From positions 32,001 to 96,000 of the forward strand of contig CAXXSR010000002.1 of assembly GCA_963662615.2 (NCBI GenBank): DNA of 64,000 bases. The letters are read 5' to 3'. Made by a program: the position numbers and the translations under genes. The notes below the pieces were generated by a model. That model made no database searches. It saw nothing but the letters and a program-made list of their open reading frames with translations, and was not told the origin of the DNA. The DNA is from Dehalococcoidia bacterium (GTDB taxonomy: Bacteria > Chloroflexota > Dehalococcoidia > Bin125). Within the stretch, counting starts at the first letter, position 1, and the number at the start of each line of letters is the position of its first letter. Shown piece after piece: positions 62,479 to 64,000 of the stretch.

Positions 62479-64000
62479 TCAGTCCGCGGCTCCGCCGTCT
62501 TCGTACAGCCGCCCGTTGGGGGAGTGGTTGACGATCGCGAACCAGAAGGCGTTGTGGCCGTTGAGGCGGGCCAGCGTCTGGCCGTCATCCGCGACCAGCG
62601 CCGTCTCCGTCAGTTGCCAGGTGCGGCCATCGGCGCTGGTGAGGAGCCCGGCGGCGAGATCGGCAACCTCGAAGGCGAGGCCGGCGCTCTCGTAGCCGCG
62701 ACCGCCGCCGCCGTCGGCCGTCGCTACGACGACGATCGGCTGACCGCCGATCTCGTCGTGGATAAGGCTGCGCTCGCGCAGGAGCCGCACCGGATACGCC
62801 GTCAGCTCCTCCTCCACGCGGACCACGACGACGACCTCCTTGGCGGGGAGGCGGCTGTCCCCCGTAGGCACCGGGAACATGAGGCGGGGCGACGCGTTGT
62901 AATCCCGGTAGGCGACGCCGGGACCGTAGTCGCGCTCGAAGCCGGTGTTGATATCCAGGACGGTGGTGTCGGGATGGGCCGCCAGCCACTGCTCCCAGGT
63001 GGTGTTCACGCTGGGGAGAGGTGCCACGCGGATGCCGCTGCCGACCAACTCGCCCCACACGGGCTCACCCACGAACTGATCCCACAGCGTGTTGGTGACG
63101 CGGTCATACATGAGTTTGTTGGAGCGGTAGAGGAGGCCGCTGGTGCCGAAACGGTAGACCGCGCCGTCCACACGACCGTCGTAGAGGATGGGGCTCCCGC
63201 AGAGCGTGCAGTAGACCAGCGAGACCGGGACGCCGCCCACGGTGTCGTTCACCAACTCGTGCCAGGCGATGATGCGCACCGGGTAGGCGCGGGCGTCGCC
63301 GTTGATCTCGACGCCGACGATCTGGTCGCTGGGATTGATCCAGCCGGCCGCCTCGTCCGGGGTGAGGAAGACGGGCGACTCAAGCGGGGGAATGCCGTCC
63401 ACGCCGACGCCGCCCCAAACAACCTCCCGTCCCGCGATTGTGCGGGGCTGCGCGGGGTCCAGGAACTGCGCGAAGGTGGGATGGATCGTCCCAAAGAGGC
63501 GTTGCTTGAAGCGGAGGTAGGCGGGCTCCTCCTCTTCCGGCGTCGTGGCCGGGAACAGCTCTAGGAACGCTCGGATGGAAAACGCCAGCGGGTCGTTGAA
63601 GCGTTCCCGCAGGTACAGGACGACCGCAGTGGCGTAGGGGCTGCCCGACAGGTTGAGATCGACGATGTAGGGGTCCGCCGTGGCCAGGTCGGAGGCGAAC
63701 AGTTCGTTCAGCAGCGAGCGCAGCTCGGGCGGCACGGGGCCGGGATCCACGCCGAGCCGCTGCTCCCAATCGATCATCGCGTCCCAGTAGATGAGCCGGT
63801 CCCAGTCGCCGTCGCTGGGGTCGGACGGAGCCGTCACCTCCGCGGCCGCGCCGGTGCCGGTAGGAGCAGGCTCTTCAGCGGCAGAGGCCGCCGGCTCCGC
63901 ATCCGCTAGTTGTGCCGACGCGTCCTGAGCCGTCGCGACGGCGGGGTTGGCGCTGTCTGGAGAGCCGGGGCCGGCGTCGGCAGGGTCATCGGCGCCGCCG
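62479..64000 (-). CDS. DUF3179-domain protein (5' partial, probable lipoprotein)
   Basis: DGIPPL, ARAYP...WHELVND, YCTLCGS, FGTSGLLYRSNKLMYD, FWFA; frame open to the window edge through an Ala/Pro/Asp linker starting GGADD. Confidence 0.9.
   Translation of the reverse strand, partial: GGADDPADAGPGSPDSANPAVATAQDASAQLADAEPAASAAEEPAPTGTGAAAEVTAPSDPSDGDWDRLIYWDAMIDWEQRLGVDPGPVPPELRSLLNELFASDLATADPYIVDLNLSGSPYATAVVLYLRERFNDPLAFSIRAFLELFPATTPEEEEPAYLRFKQRLFGTIHPTFAQFLDPAQPRTIAGREVVWGGVGVDGIPPLESPVFLTPDEAAGWINPSDQIVGVEINGDARAYPVRIIAWHELVNDTVGGVPVSLVYCTLCGSPILYDGRVDGAVYRFGTSGLLYRSNKLMYDRVTNTLWDQFVGEPVWGELVGSGIRVAPLPSVNTTWEQWLAAHPDTTVLDINTGFERDYGPGVAYRDYNASPRLMFPVPTGDSRLPAKEVVVVVRVEEELTAYPVRLLRERSLIHDEIGGQPIVVVATADGGGGRGYESAGLAFEVADLAAGLLTSADGRTWQLTETALVADDGQTLARLNGHNAFWFAIVNHSPNGRLYEDGGAAD

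Overview
High-GC (roughly 65-70% by eye), gene-dense bacterial chromosome segment. Gene content and LPxxG-type sorting signals suggest a Chloroflexota (Dehalococcoidia-like) organism; this is inference. It holds a tRNA-Lys(TTT) and about 55 CDS, mostly housekeeping or metabolic: menA/menB/menG with a TetR regulator, a xanthine-dehydrogenase-family M/S/L operon with MoaD, nhaA, metE, an isocitrate-dehydrogenase-family enzyme, M3/M1/M20 peptidases, rmuC, split purH plus IMP cyclohydrolase, katG, tandem esterases and a 2-oxoacid:ferredoxin oxidoreductase. No transposase, integrase, phage gene or CRISPR array was seen. Highlights: (1) a UGSC selenoprotein hidden as two ORFs, with an in-frame TGA and a SECIS-like hairpin, heading an uncharacterised operon; (2) a lipoprotein alpha-carbonic anhydrase with a His/Glu repeat tether directly upstream of a frameshifted chemoreceptor with a very acidic sensor domain, a candidate CO2/pH-sensing module; (3) an NpmA/KamB-like 16S rRNA methyltransferase with a probable CTG start; (4) an output-less REC-5xPAS protein paired with a small Zn-ribbon protein; (5) readable regulatory sites (TetR palindrome, duplicated OmpR-type direct repeat, ECF-type promoter, leaderless promoters); (6) an unannotated 45-aa Cys/His microprotein.
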